Below are positions 25,856-34,998 of a DNA stretch of 64,000 bases, piece after piece. This stretch comes from Candidatus Pyrohabitans jungbluthii (GTDB taxonomy: Archaea; Hydrothermarchaeota; Hydrothermarchaeia; Hydrothermarchaeales; BMS3B), in the NCBI GenBank assembly GCA_002010065.2, contig MTMD02000008.1:96001-160000 (forward strand), written 5' to 3'. The notes under the pieces were generated by a model that worked only from the letters and a program-made list of their open reading frames with translations, was not told the DNA's origin and searched no databases. Within the stretch, counting starts at the first letter, position 1. Every line of letters begins with the position of its first letter. A program made the position numbers and the translations under genes.

Positions 25856-26818
25856 ATGGTAATACTCGAGACCCTTTTGCTCTTCCTGATTATAGTCTTC
25901 GCAGCCTCGCTGCTCAGTTACGGCGCAGAGATGATAGCAGAAAAGTATGGGCCCAACTTTGCGGGAAGCATTATTTTGGCCTTTGTAACTACATTGCCAG
26001 AGTACATGTTTGTGTTCTGGGCGAGTGTAAAGGGCGCATACGACGTCGCCCTGGGCAGTGCAGTGGGTGCTGCTACGATGCTGGTAACTTTGGGCTATGG
26101 CATGGTGATCCTCACTGCCACCACAAAGGTGAGTCGCAAACCTGTGAAGGTGATCAAGCTTTCCCGCGCCACACGCATAGATGCCATTTACCTGGCTGCC
26201 ACCGCTGTTGTGGCGTACATTCTTGCCTACATTGGCGACGGCTTCAGCCTCGAGGATGGACTGATACTCTTCGCCATCTTCTTTGCATACGTTGGACACC
26301 TCGGCCTTGCCGCGAGGGAGTTTGGAAAAAAGCACAGCGTTAAGATACCAAGGGAGAGGTTTATTAAGGGTATGGGCTACTTAATATTAGGCGGGATTAT
26401 AACAATCACCGTAGCTGAGCGTTTCGTTGAGGCGATGATTTCATTAGCCAAGTCCTTTGGAGTTAGTCCTGTCACCATAGCCATAATAATAGGTCCCCTT
26501 GCCAGTGAGCTTCCTGAAAAGCTAACCGCCTTCCTCACAGTAATGAGAAATGCAAAACTGGCAGAGATAAGCGTGGCAAACTTTATTGGCTCCAAGGTCA
26601 ACCACAACTCTGTGCTTCTGGGTACGATGCCCATAATCGCCTACGCAACGGGCAACGGGAGCGTTACAGGCGTCATCTCGCCCCAGTTTACGGCGATGAC
26701 CCTCTTAACCTTCATCGCAGGCATAAGCGTGGCCAGGCGCAGGCTCGATAAATGGCAGGGGTTCTTCTTCACAGCGCTTTACGCGGTGCCCCTCTACATC
26801 GCCTACTCAATAAGGTGA
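25856..26818 (+). CDS. Sodium/calcium exchanger (CaCA) family protein
   Basis: TTLPE and ASELPE alpha-repeats; about 10 TMs. Confidence 0.85.
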   Translation: MVILETLLLFLIIVFAASLLSYGAEMIAEKYGPNFAGSIILAFVTTLPEYMFVFWASVKGAYDVALGSAVGAATMLVTLGYGMVILTATTKVSRKPVKVIKLSRATRIDAIYLAATAVVAYILAYIGDGFSLEDGLILFAIFFAYVGHLGLAAREFGKKHSVKIPRERFIKGMGYLILGGIITITVAERFVEAMISLAKSFGVSPVTIAIIIGPLASELPEKLTAFLTVMRNAKLAEISVANFIGSKVNHNSVLLGTMPIIAYATGNGSVTGVISPQFTAMTLLTFIAGISVARRRLDKWQGFFFTALYAVPLYIAYSIR

Positions 26819-26882
26819 GGGTGCTGCGTTGTGGAGGGTAAATTCAAATATAATGTGAAGTTAGATTATTAAGTTTGAAAGG

Positions 26883-27200
26883 GTGAAAAACATGGGAGAG
26901 TTTAATAGAGAAAGAATACTAAAGATTTTAAAGGAACATAGAGAAGAATTGAAAAAATTTGGTGTTAAGAAAATAGGGTTATTCGGGTCATATATCAGAG
27001 GAGAACAGAAAAGAGAAAGCGATATTGATATACTTGTAGAATTTGAAAAAGGAAAAAAGAATTTTAATAATTTTATAGAATTAGCATTTTTTTTAGAAGA
27101 TTTGTTTGGAACAAAGGTTGATTTACTTACAGAAGAATCCATGAGTCCTTATTTGAAGCCTTATATAATGAGGGAAGTGGTCTATGAAAGTATACCTTGA
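26883..27200 (+). CDS. MNT minimal nucleotidyltransferase antitoxin
   Basis: [20 protein letters not shown] (GS-X10-DXD). Confidence 0.92.
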   Translation: MKNMGEFNRERILKILKEHREELKKFGVKKIGLFGSYIRGEQKRESDIDILVEFEKGKKNFNNFIELAFFLEDLFGTKVDLLTEESMSPYLKPYIMREVVYESIP

Positions 27201-27531
27201 GTATTTAAGGCATATCATACAGGAGACTGAATATTTAATCGCAGCATCAGAAGGTTTGACTGTAGAGCAGTTTATAGAGGATGAGAACTTGAAAAGGGCA
27301 TTTGTTAGAAGTTTGGAGATTATAGGGGAAGCTGTTAAAAAACTTCCGCTTGAATTTAGAGAAAAACATAAGGATATCGAGTGGAAGAAAATAGCTGGTA
27401 TGAGGGATAAACTTATACATGAATACTTCGGAGTTGATTATTATTTGGTCTGGGACGTAGTAAGGAACCATATCCCGTTTTTGAGAGATCAGATAAAAGA
27501 TGTATTGAAACAGGAAGAGAAACAATGTTAG
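27184..27531 (+). CDS. HEPN (DUF86/HepT-like) RNase toxin
   Basis: LEIIGEA; MRDKLIHEY (R-X4-H-X-Y). Confidence 0.92.
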   Translation: MKVYLEYLRHIIQETEYLIAASEGLTVEQFIEDENLKRAFVRSLEIIGEAVKKLPLEFREKHKDIEWKKIAGMRDKLIHEYFGVDYYLVWDVVRNHIPFLRDQIKDVLKQEEKQC

Positions 27532-27591
27532 ATTTGAAAAACATCCTTTTCTTTATTCTCATAGCAGTCCAGCTGCTTCAATGCCCACAAA

Positions 27592-28518
27592 ATGGTGAAT
27601 GAAATGCGAATAAAGGATATAGCTACGGCGGCGCAGCTTGCAATTCTTATCGAGGTCTCCGCACCCAAGCCGGGAAATGTAACCTGTGGCAGGGACTTTG
27701 AGGACACGCGTTATGAGCACTTCTTAGCAAGCGCTGCCGCCTTTGCTCCAGTTGCTGGAGAAGCTGCGCAGCGAGGCTACAGCGCGGCTACGGGAAGGCT
27801 GCTCATTGAAAAGATAGGCATAGGGAGGCTGATTAAGAAGGCTGTTATAGAGGCGAAGCACTGGCACCGCGGGGGAAACACCATTCTGGGCGAGGCGATG
27901 CTCCTCCTGCCCTTGTGCGCAGGCGCAGGCTATGCGCTCGGCAGCGAGGGAGAGGTAAAGCTTAACGCTCTGAGGGAGTGTGCTCTCAGCGTTGTTAAAG
28001 CGGCAACGTATAAAGATACTATAGAATTATATAAAGGGATAGGTATAGCCTCGCCACGACTGCGGAGCGCAGAGAGCTTAGACGTTTTTGATCCGCGCAG
28101 CCTTGCAGAGATTGCAGAGCGCAGGATAACTTTCTACCAAGTAATGGAAATGAGCGAAGGTGATTCTATCGCCAGGGAGCTTGTTCAAGGCTATCCCGTC
28201 ACCTTTGAGCTGGGCTACCCTGCGCTGAGGCGGGCGTATGAGAGCTCTGGGGACCTGCGACGCGCCACTGTGGAGTGCTTCCTCTCTATACTTTCAGCGG
28301 TACCAGATTCCCTGATAATAAAGAAGGCTGGCAAGCGCATAGCAGAAGATGTTTCAAAGCGCGCTCGCCGCGTACTTGAGGAGGGAGTTACAGAGCGAGC
28401 GCTGGAAGAGCTGGACGAATACCTGCGCAGCGAGGGAAATTTGCTAAACCCGGGCACAACAGCCGACCTAGTTGCAGCGTCGCTATTTGTTGGGCTTATC
28501 AGCGGGATTAGACCATAG
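27592..28518 (+). CDS. CitG-family triphosphoribosyl-dephospho-CoA synthase homolog
   Basis: EVSAPKPGNV; D..I.KK.G; NPGTTADL. Confidence 0.88.
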   Translation: MVNEMRIKDIATAAQLAILIEVSAPKPGNVTCGRDFEDTRYEHFLASAAAFAPVAGEAAQRGYSAATGRLLIEKIGIGRLIKKAVIEAKHWHRGGNTILGEAMLLLPLCAGAGYALGSEGEVKLNALRECALSVVKAATYKDTIELYKGIGIASPRLRSAESLDVFDPRSLAEIAERRITFYQVMEMSEGDSIARELVQGYPVTFELGYPALRRAYESSGDLRRATVECFLSILSAVPDSLIIKKAGKRIAEDVSKRARRVLEEGVTERALEELDEYLRSEGNLLNPGTTADLVAASLFVGLISGIRP

Positions 28519-28526
28519 GTGATGGC

Positions 28527-29120
28527 ATGCTTAGCGAGCTTGGATTTAAAAAGGGCAGCGTGGTGGAATGTATAGTTACGACATACAACAGCGACGGCTC
28601 GCCAAACGCGGCGCCCATGGGGGTTTACACGCTGGGCGACGCCGAGGTGGTGCTAAAGCTGCATAGAGGCAGCGACACCCTCGCAAACATCTCCCGCGAG
28701 GGGTGTGCGGTGCTGAATATTACCTACGATGCGCTGCTTTTTCTCAAGTCGGCGCTTTTAAAGTACTCGCCGGAGGTTAGCCATAGCGAGGTTTCGCGTT
28801 CGAAGCTCAACGCACCTTATTTAAAAGCCGCCCATGCGTATGCAGCAATAGAGGCAAAGGCTGTGAAGAGCTATTCGCTCAGTGATTCTCTTGGCGAAAG
28901 CCACATTAGCGTTTTGAAGGGCATGGTAAAAGAGGTCAAGGTGCTCAAGCCTTTCCCGCAGGCGCCCTGTCGTGGCTTCTTCGCTGCTGTGGAGCTGGCG
29001 ATAGACCTCAGCAGGGGGAAGAGGGAAAGGGAAGAGCAGCTTAAGAGAATAATGCGTCGCACCCTGCCAGCGCGAGAATATAGAGAAATAGAAGAATTTT
29101 TGAGGAGTCTAAACATTTAG
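28527..29120 (+). CDS. DUF447 family protein (FMN split-barrel-like)
   Basis: E.IVTT...G.PNAAPMG; S.T..N. Confidence 0.75.
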   Translation: MLSELGFKKGSVVECIVTTYNSDGSPNAAPMGVYTLGDAEVVLKLHRGSDTLANISREGCAVLNITYDALLFLKSALLKYSPEVSHSEVSRSKLNAPYLKAAHAYAAIEAKAVKSYSLSDSLGESHISVLKGMVKEVKVLKPFPQAPCRGFFAAVELAIDLSRGKREREEQLKRIMRRTLPAREYREIEEFLRSLNI

Positions 29121-29678
29121 CTGCGCAGCCTCAGGCAAGCGGTACTCCCACTGCGCTCGAGAGCCGCGCCTCTGCAGCACACCTGACTCATAGAACCTGG
29201 CGAGGTAGGTGGAGAGGCTGCTGAGCTTTATCCTCTCACCGAAGAGTATCTCATACTCCTCCTGTATATCCTGGGAGCGAACCCATTCGCCGGCGTGATT
29301 GTGCCTGAGCAGAAGCAGGAGCTTCTCCTTCTGCGTCATCTTCTCTATGTCATACCTGCCCAGCCAGTTCTCAGCAGCGGGAGCAAAGTCTTCGGTGATT
29401 TCCAGCTCCTCCACACCATACACATAGCTTAGAAAGTCCAGCACCTTCTCCAGAGCAACGCGGTGGCTGAGCTTTTTAAACTCCCTCTCTACCTCCTTGT
29501 CCTCACTCTTCGCCGAAACCTTTATCCCCACGAACCTCTCAGTGCGAAAGATGTAATTGAGGTGCTCTTTAATCTTTTCTTTTGCCTCGCTGTATTCTAA
29601 CCCCTCCAGCTTGAGGCGTGAAGTACCACTGCTCTCCCGTGTCTCCAGAATTATTTCAAGGTACTCCATCTTCACCAT
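29109..29678 (-). CDS. Winged-HTH protein with a duplicated N-terminal module, divergent from ftsZ
   Basis: C-terminal W..SQDIQEEYE..FGE.IKLSSLSTYLAR...G.L.R.G. Confidence 0.7.
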   Translation of the reverse strand: MVKMEYLEIILETRESSGTSRLKLEGLEYSEAKEKIKEHLNYIFRTERFVGIKVSAKSEDKEVEREFKKLSHRVALEKVLDFLSYVYGVEELEITEDFAPAAENWLGRYDIEKMTQKEKLLLLLRHNHAGEWVRSQDIQEEYEILFGERIKLSSLSTYLARFYESGVLQRRGSRAQWEYRLPEAAQLNV

Positions 29679-29679
29679 C

Positions 29680-29890
29680 TATTCACATTCACAGAAGTTA
29701 ACATTATTCAGTGAATACCTGCATATATAAAGCTTGTGCATATCCTTTAAATATGAGCAATGGCAACAGATATTAGCGACATTAATAAGACAGAATATAT
29801 CTACAGCTATTTTTGTTGAATGATGTTTCGAAAATTAAATCGAAAGATTTATATATGTATACTGTGAATGAGTGAATACTAATGAATACC
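29680..29890. promoter_or_regulatory. Divergent promoters with TGAAT(A) repeat arrays
   Basis: TATTCACATTCACAG (29680-29694), TATTCAgTGAATA (29705-29717) and CTGTGAATGAGTGAATACTAATGAATAC (29862-29889), each downstream of a TTTATATA box. Confidence 0.6.
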
Positions 29891-29907
29891 TGGGGGGTAA
29901 GAAAAAG

Positions 29908-31083
29908 ATGAGAAACCTCGTACAAAAAGCGAAGGAAAATACCGAAAAGATGCAGCCGATAGGAGATGCTCTTGATAAGGAGATAGGTGAAGCCAAGATC
30001 GTCGTCGTTGGATGCGGCGGCGCTGGGAACAACACAATAAATCGCCTTGCGCACATAGGTATCAATGGCGCCCAGCTGATTGCAATAAATACCGACAAGC
30101 AGCACCTCGCCGTTATAAAGGCGGACAAAAAGGTGCTTATAGGCTATGAGATCACCAAGGGCTTGGGCGCTGGCGGCTATCCTGAGATTGGGGAGCAGGC
30201 AGCCATCGAAGCCAAGCCTGCGCTGAAGGACCTCCTCGACGGCGCCGACCTAGTTTTCGTCACCGGTGGTTTGGGCGGCGGCACTGGCACAGGCTCACTT
30301 CCAGTCGTAGCGGAGGTCGCCAAGGACATTGGCGCAGTCGTCGTGGGCGCTGTGACCATGCCTTTCAAGATAGAGCGCGCGCGCATCGGCAAGGCAAAGC
30401 AGGCGTTGGTGAAGCTGCGCAACAACGCTGACAGCGTGGTTGTGATAGACAACAACAAGCTTCTCAGCTATGTGCCTGACCTGCCCATGAACGACGCCTT
30501 CGCCGTCGCCGATGAGGTTCTCGCAAGAATGGTGAAAGGCATCACCGAGACAATTTCCATGCCCAGCCTCGTAAACCTTGACTTCGCTGACGTCCGCGCT
30601 GTTATGCGCGAGGGCTCAAAGAATGGCATCGCAATGATTGGCCTGGGCGAGAGCGACACCCGCAATCGCGCAGAGGAGGCGGTGCTCCACGCCCTGGAGA
30701 ACCCGCTGCTCGAGGTGGACTACCGCGGTGCCACAGGTGCACTGGTGCACATTACCGGCGGCGAAGACCTGACCCTCGCGGAAGCCACAAAGATAGGCGA
30801 GATTGCCACAAGCTACCTGCGCGAGGATTCCAACGTCATCTGGGGCGCCCGCATTGACCCCGAGTTCAACGGCATGGTCCAGGTCATGGTTATCATGACC
30901 GGTGTGCACTCACCTGACATAATGGGGCCTGAGGGAAGCGATATTCAGATACCCAAGCGAGTGGAGATGTCCCGGTTTACCCGCCCAAAACAGCCCAGAA
31001 TCCCCACTCGCCCAGAGATGAACAGCACGCAGCGCGAAGTGCCAGCGATGATCGCCAATCTGGGGATAGACTACATCTTCTAA
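29908..31083 (+). CDS. ftsZ: Cell division protein FtsZ (FtsZ2-like)
   Basis: GCGGAGNN, GGGTGTG, NLDFADV T7 loop, C-terminal LGID; likely start ATG 29908. Confidence 0.95.
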   Translation: MRNLVQKAKENTEKMQPIGDALDKEIGEAKIVVVGCGGAGNNTINRLAHIGINGAQLIAINTDKQHLAVIKADKKVLIGYEITKGLGAGGYPEIGEQAAIEAKPALKDLLDGADLVFVTGGLGGGTGTGSLPVVAEVAKDIGAVVVGAVTMPFKIERARIGKAKQALVKLRNNADSVVVIDNNKLLSYVPDLPMNDAFAVADEVLARMVKGITETISMPSLVNLDFADVRAVMREGSKNGIAMIGLGESDTRNRAEEAVLHALENPLLEVDYRGATGALVHITGGEDLTLAEATKIGEIATSYLREDSNVIWGARIDPEFNGMVQVMVIMTGVHSPDIMGPEGSDIQIPKRVEMSRFTRPKQPRIPTRPEMNSTQREVPAMIANLGIDYIF

Positions 31084-31104
31084 TCCCCTCCCCTTTTTTG
31101 GGGG

Positions 31105-31299
31105 GTGGCAAAAGTGTCTGAGGTTTGTGTTTCCCACAATGTTGGTGGTTTTGAACTGGGCTCAGAGCAGCGTTATCCCTCGAGGACATATTCTCTGCTC
31201 TGCCTCTCTGAAAATCGGGATATCTCCAACTATGTTCTCATACCCATCGAAGGCGCAGGCTTCGTTGTGATAAAACATGAAATTGATGTGGAGGAGTAG
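31105..31299 (+). CDS. Small hypothetical protein
   Basis: 64-aa ORF filling the gap between ftsZ and the next gene; no recognisable motif. Confidence 0.35.
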   Translation: MAKVSEVCVSHNVGGFELGSEQRYPSRTYSLLCLSENRDISNYVLIPIEGAGFVVIKHEIDVEE

Positions 31300-31302
31300 G
31301 TT

Positions 31303-31782
31303 ATGATAAGTCAGGAATTTTTCAAAGAGGTGGCTGGAAACGTCGTAACCAAAGACGACTTTCTTATGCTCAATGTTGAGTTCATCGAAAGCAGCGATCT
31401 GGATTATCTACCAAAGGTTGTAGACAGGCTGCTTGAGATGAAGGGCATATCTACAGCACTGGTTTACGGTATCAAGGGGGGGATGGTTTACCTCGTAGGT
31501 AAGAGCAGAAAGAGAGTCAACCTGACAGCTATGATAAAGCGCGCCTTCCCGGAGCTCGGCAAAGTTAAGGAGGTCAACGGGTACACCTTGGCAATGATCC
31601 CCTTGGGAATGCTGGGATACTTCCACAGTCAAGAGAAAATCCTTCATGTTATTGATGAGCTGATGAACGAGGCTCTCGCAGGTGGGACAGCAACACGAGG
31701 TTTTGGCACAGTCTTTGAAAGAATTGCCGACATAAAGAATCTGATAAGCTTGCCTACCAGAAAGCAGGAGGTTGTATGGTAA
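31303..31782 (+). CDS. Stand-alone degenerate DHHA1-like domain protein
   Basis: D.LP..VDRLLEMKGISTALVYG...AF...IPLG resembles the C-terminus of archaeal DHH proteins; GGGH motif absent. Confidence 0.55.
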   Translation: MISQEFFKEVAGNVVTKDDFLMLNVEFIESSDLDYLPKVVDRLLEMKGISTALVYGIKGGMVYLVGKSRKRVNLTAMIKRAFPELGKVKEVNGYTLAMIPLGMLGYFHSQEKILHVIDELMNEALAGGTATRGFGTVFERIADIKNLISLPTRKQEVVW

Positions 31783-32021
31783 TGGGGGTGATGCGTGTGA
31801 AGAAGTTCGGAAACGTCTCGCACAAGGTGAATGTGATTCTGAGCGTTTTTAAAGAGGGAGAGAAGCTCAACGGCAAGCAGATTGTAGAGAGAGTTCGCGA
31901 AAAGGGGTACAAAATTACAGACTCCCATCTGAAAATGTTCATATACTACAACATGCTGCACAAGCACCTGAAGAAAGAGGAGATAAACGGCGTCAACTAC
32001 TACTACCCGATAAATAGATAA
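31776..32021 (+). CDS. Small basic wHTH-like protein
   Basis: Three-helix plus beta-hairpin pattern; overlaps the upstream gene. Confidence 0.6.
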   Translation: MVMGVMRVKKFGNVSHKVNVILSVFKEGEKLNGKQIVERVREKGYKITDSHLKMFIYYNMLHKHLKKEEINGVNYYYPINR

Positions 32022-32289
32022 GCTTCTCCCTCTTTTTGGTTTTTGTCTCGTTTTTGGAATATGCTATGGTATTTGTTCTGCTGGCAATATACTCTTTTAA
32101 CAGCCAGCAGGGGTTCGGGATAGTCAAGAAAAGTGGCTTTTGACTTCTGTTTTTGGTTTCATTGTTGCAGAAAAATGAGTAAATTATCCAGGAATTTGAC
32201 AGTTTGTAAAGCATAAAATATATGTGTCATGCCAAAAAAGAAAATAACAGGACGATTGAATGAAAATTGTGAAGCTCTGAGGTGAAGGT

Positions 32290-32634
32290 ATGCTTGAAAC
32301 AATTACTGATGGAAAAATAGAAGAGATAACAGTTGAAGAGGCGATAAATATGATCAAGAGTGGGGATGCTGTGCTGCTTGACGTCCGCACCCCCGAGGAA
32401 TACTACGCCGAACATGTGGAAAGAGCGAAATGGATCCCCCTGGACGAACTTCCCGAAAGGCTGGAGGAGCTGGACAGGGAGAAAGCAATCCTTGCTTGCT
32501 TCTGCAGGAGCGGATATCGGAGCTCCCATGCCTGCCACATACTTCAGAAGAATGGGTTTAAGAAACTCTACAATGTCCGCGGGGGTATTATCGCATGGAA
32601 GGAGGCGGGATTTAAGACCGTATCCGGGCCATAG
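32290..32634 (+). CDS. Single-domain rhodanese
   Basis: LDVRTPEEY...H; FCRSGYRS; GGIIAW. Confidence 0.9.
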   Translation: MLETITDGKIEEITVEEAINMIKSGDAVLLDVRTPEEYYAEHVERAKWIPLDELPERLEELDREKAILACFCRSGYRSSHACHILQKNGFKKLYNVRGGIIAWKEAGFKTVSGP

Positions 32635-32868
32635 GGGTTCTAGATTTATTATCCTGTAACGCAGTAAGTATTTAGAGTTTAGAAAGAGGTATTTTGCAGT
32701 CACGCTTGCGCTGATACTTGCTGTGAAATTTATTCGGATAGTGTATTCTCTGGCCACCGATTCGTCTTCATAACATTTTCGCGTTGCAAAGAGTAAGGAA
32801 TAAATATTAAACCGCCAATAATGTGTAAGTAAAGTCCGTTTTATTGATGTGAGGAGGTGTATGGGCGG

Positions 32869-34941
32869 ATGAGGGATAAAATGGAACAGCAGCATAGTGA
32901 ACACAATCAGCATAGCCAGCACGCTCAGCATACCCACGAGCATCACATAGAGGAGTTCAAGAAGAAATTCTGGGTCTGCCTTATACTCACTGTTCCTATC
33001 CTGCTTCTCTCTGAAATGATTCAGATGTGGTTTGGTTTTCGCATAGAAATACCATACCAGAAGGTGATTTTATTCATCTTGTCGTCAGCGGTTTATTTCT
33101 ATGGTGGCTCGCCATTCCTGAAGGGAAGTATTAAAGAGATAAAAGCAAGGCAGCCGGGGATGATGACCCTCATAAGCACCGCCATCTCCGTTGCCTTCTT
33201 CTACTCCTCTGCAACCGTCTTTTTTATAGCCGGAAAGGACTTCTTCTGGGAGTTAGCGACGCTTATAGATGTCATGCTTTTCGGGCACTGGATAGAGGCA
33301 AAGAGCATCCTCGGTGCCTCGAGAGCGCTAGAAGAGCTTGTTAAGATAATGCCCACTGTGGCTCACCTTGTGAAGGGCAGTGCCATTGAAGACGTGCCAG
33401 TCTCACAGCTCAAGGCTGGCGATGTTGTGCTGGTTCGCCCCGGTGAGAAGATTCCTGCAGACGGTGTTGTGGTTGAGGGCGAGTCCTATGTGAATGAAGC
33501 CCTGCTTACGGGGGAGTCCAAACCGGTGCACAAAAAGCCTGGGGAGAAGGTAATAGGAGGGGCGATAAACACAGAGGGTGCGCTGAAGGTAAAGATAGAG
33601 CGAACAGGCGAGGAGACCTACCTGGCACAGGTTATAGCGCTGGTGAAACAGGCACAGGAAAGCAGGTCGCGTACGCAAGACCTGGCAAACAGAGCCGCAG
33701 CTTTCCTGTTTTATGTCGCTCTCACTGTGGGAATAGTAACCTACGCGGTATGGTATCTTCTGGGGATGCCCGAATTTGCTCTTGAAAGGGCGGTTACTGT
33801 GCTGGTTATCGCATGTCCTCATGCCCTCGGTCTGGCGATACCCCTGGTGGTTGCCATCTCAACCTCGATAACCGCAAAGAGCGGCATTCTTATTAGAGAT
33901 AGGCGTGCCTTTGAAGCGGCGAAGGATCTCAATGCAGTGGTTTTCGACAAGACGGGCACGCTAACAGAAGGTAAATTCGGCGTCAGCGACGTTATTGCGC
34001 TTATTCCCGAAGATGAGCTTTTAAAACTCACAGCCAGCGTTGAGCGCAACTCTGAGCACATAATAGCAAAGGCAATAGTGGAGTATGCGGAGCACAATGG
34101 CGTAGATATACCCGAGCCAGAGGAATTCAAGGCTATACCTGGGAAAGGCGCCTACGGGAAGGTGGCAGGAAAAGAGGTGTACGTGGCGAGCCCCAACCTG
34201 CTGAAGGAGATGAAGATTGAAGTTAATGACGAGAGAATAAAGGAACTTCAGGAGCAGGGCAAAACTGTCGTCTTTACCCTAGTTGATGGGAAGCTTGCCG
34301 GCGCTTTTGCCCTCGCGGACAGGATAAGGGAAGAGTCTTACGAAGCGGTTAAAAAGCTGAAGGAGCTTGGGGTTAAGGTTTACATGCTTACCGGCGATGC
34401 CGAAGAAGTAGCCAGGTGGGTTTCGAGGGAGCTTGGTATAGACGACTACTTCGCCCAGGTTCTGCCCCACGAGAAGGCTGAGAAAATTAAGCTTCTGAAG
34501 GAGAAGGGGTACCGCGTAGCCATGGTTGGCGACGGCATAAACGATGCCCCTGCCCTGGTTACGGCAGACGTTGGCATCGCCATAGGCGCGGGCACCGATG
34601 TTGCCATTGAGAGTGCGGACATCATCCTCGTGAGGAATGACCCCAGGGATGTGCCAAAGGTTATAGACCTTTCAGGAAAGACCTATGGGAAAATGGTCCA
34701 GAATCTGTGGTGGGCCGCAGGCTACAACATCTTCGCCATACCTCTCGCCGCCGGCGTTCTGTACAGCTATGGCATAGTTGTTAGCCCAGCAATTGGTGCT
34801 CTGCTAATGTCCCTGAGCACAGTGATAGTGGCGATGAACAGCCAGACATTGAGGAAGTACGAGCCGAAAGGAGTAGAGTTTGAGGAGAAGGTGCCTGAGG
34901 TGGAGCATGAGGAGCACAAAGAGCACATGCACCACCACTGA
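32869..34941 (+). CDS. copB: Copper-translocating P1B-3 ATPase (CopB type)
   Basis: His-rich N-terminus; TGES, CPH, DKTGT, GDGINDAPAL. Confidence 0.92.
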   Translation: MRDKMEQQHSEHNQHSQHAQHTHEHHIEEFKKKFWVCLILTVPILLLSEMIQMWFGFRIEIPYQKVILFILSSAVYFYGGSPFLKGSIKEIKARQPGMMTLISTAISVAFFYSSATVFFIAGKDFFWELATLIDVMLFGHWIEAKSILGASRALEELVKIMPTVAHLVKGSAIEDVPVSQLKAGDVVLVRPGEKIPADGVVVEGESYVNEALLTGESKPVHKKPGEKVIGGAINTEGALKVKIERTGEETYLAQVIALVKQAQESRSRTQDLANRAAAFLFYVALTVGIVTYAVWYLLGMPEFALERAVTVLVIACPHALGLAIPLVVAISTSITAKSGILIRDRRAFEAAKDLNAVVFDKTGTLTEGKFGVSDVIALIPEDELLKLTASVERNSEHIIAKAIVEYAEHNGVDIPEPEEFKAIPGKGAYGKVAGKEVYVASPNLLKEMKIEVNDERIKELQEQGKTVVFTLVDGKLAGAFALADRIREESYEAVKKLKELGVKVYMLTGDAEEVARWVSRELGIDDYFAQVLPHEKAEKIKLLKEKGYRVAMVGDGINDAPALVTADVGIAIGAGTDVAIESADIILVRNDPRDVPKVIDLSGKTYGKMVQNLWWAAGYNIFAIPLAAGVLYSYGIVVSPAIGALLMSLSTVIVAMNSQTLRKYEPKGVEFEEKVPEVEHEEHKEHMHHH

Positions 34942-34998
34942 CCTAACTCTTAGCACTTTTCGACATCTTTATAAGCCTCCGATACCTACACTTTTACA

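Noticed and set aside
32227-32946. 239-aa minus-strand ORF
   Set aside because: Antisense to the well-supported rhodanese and copB genes; no motifs
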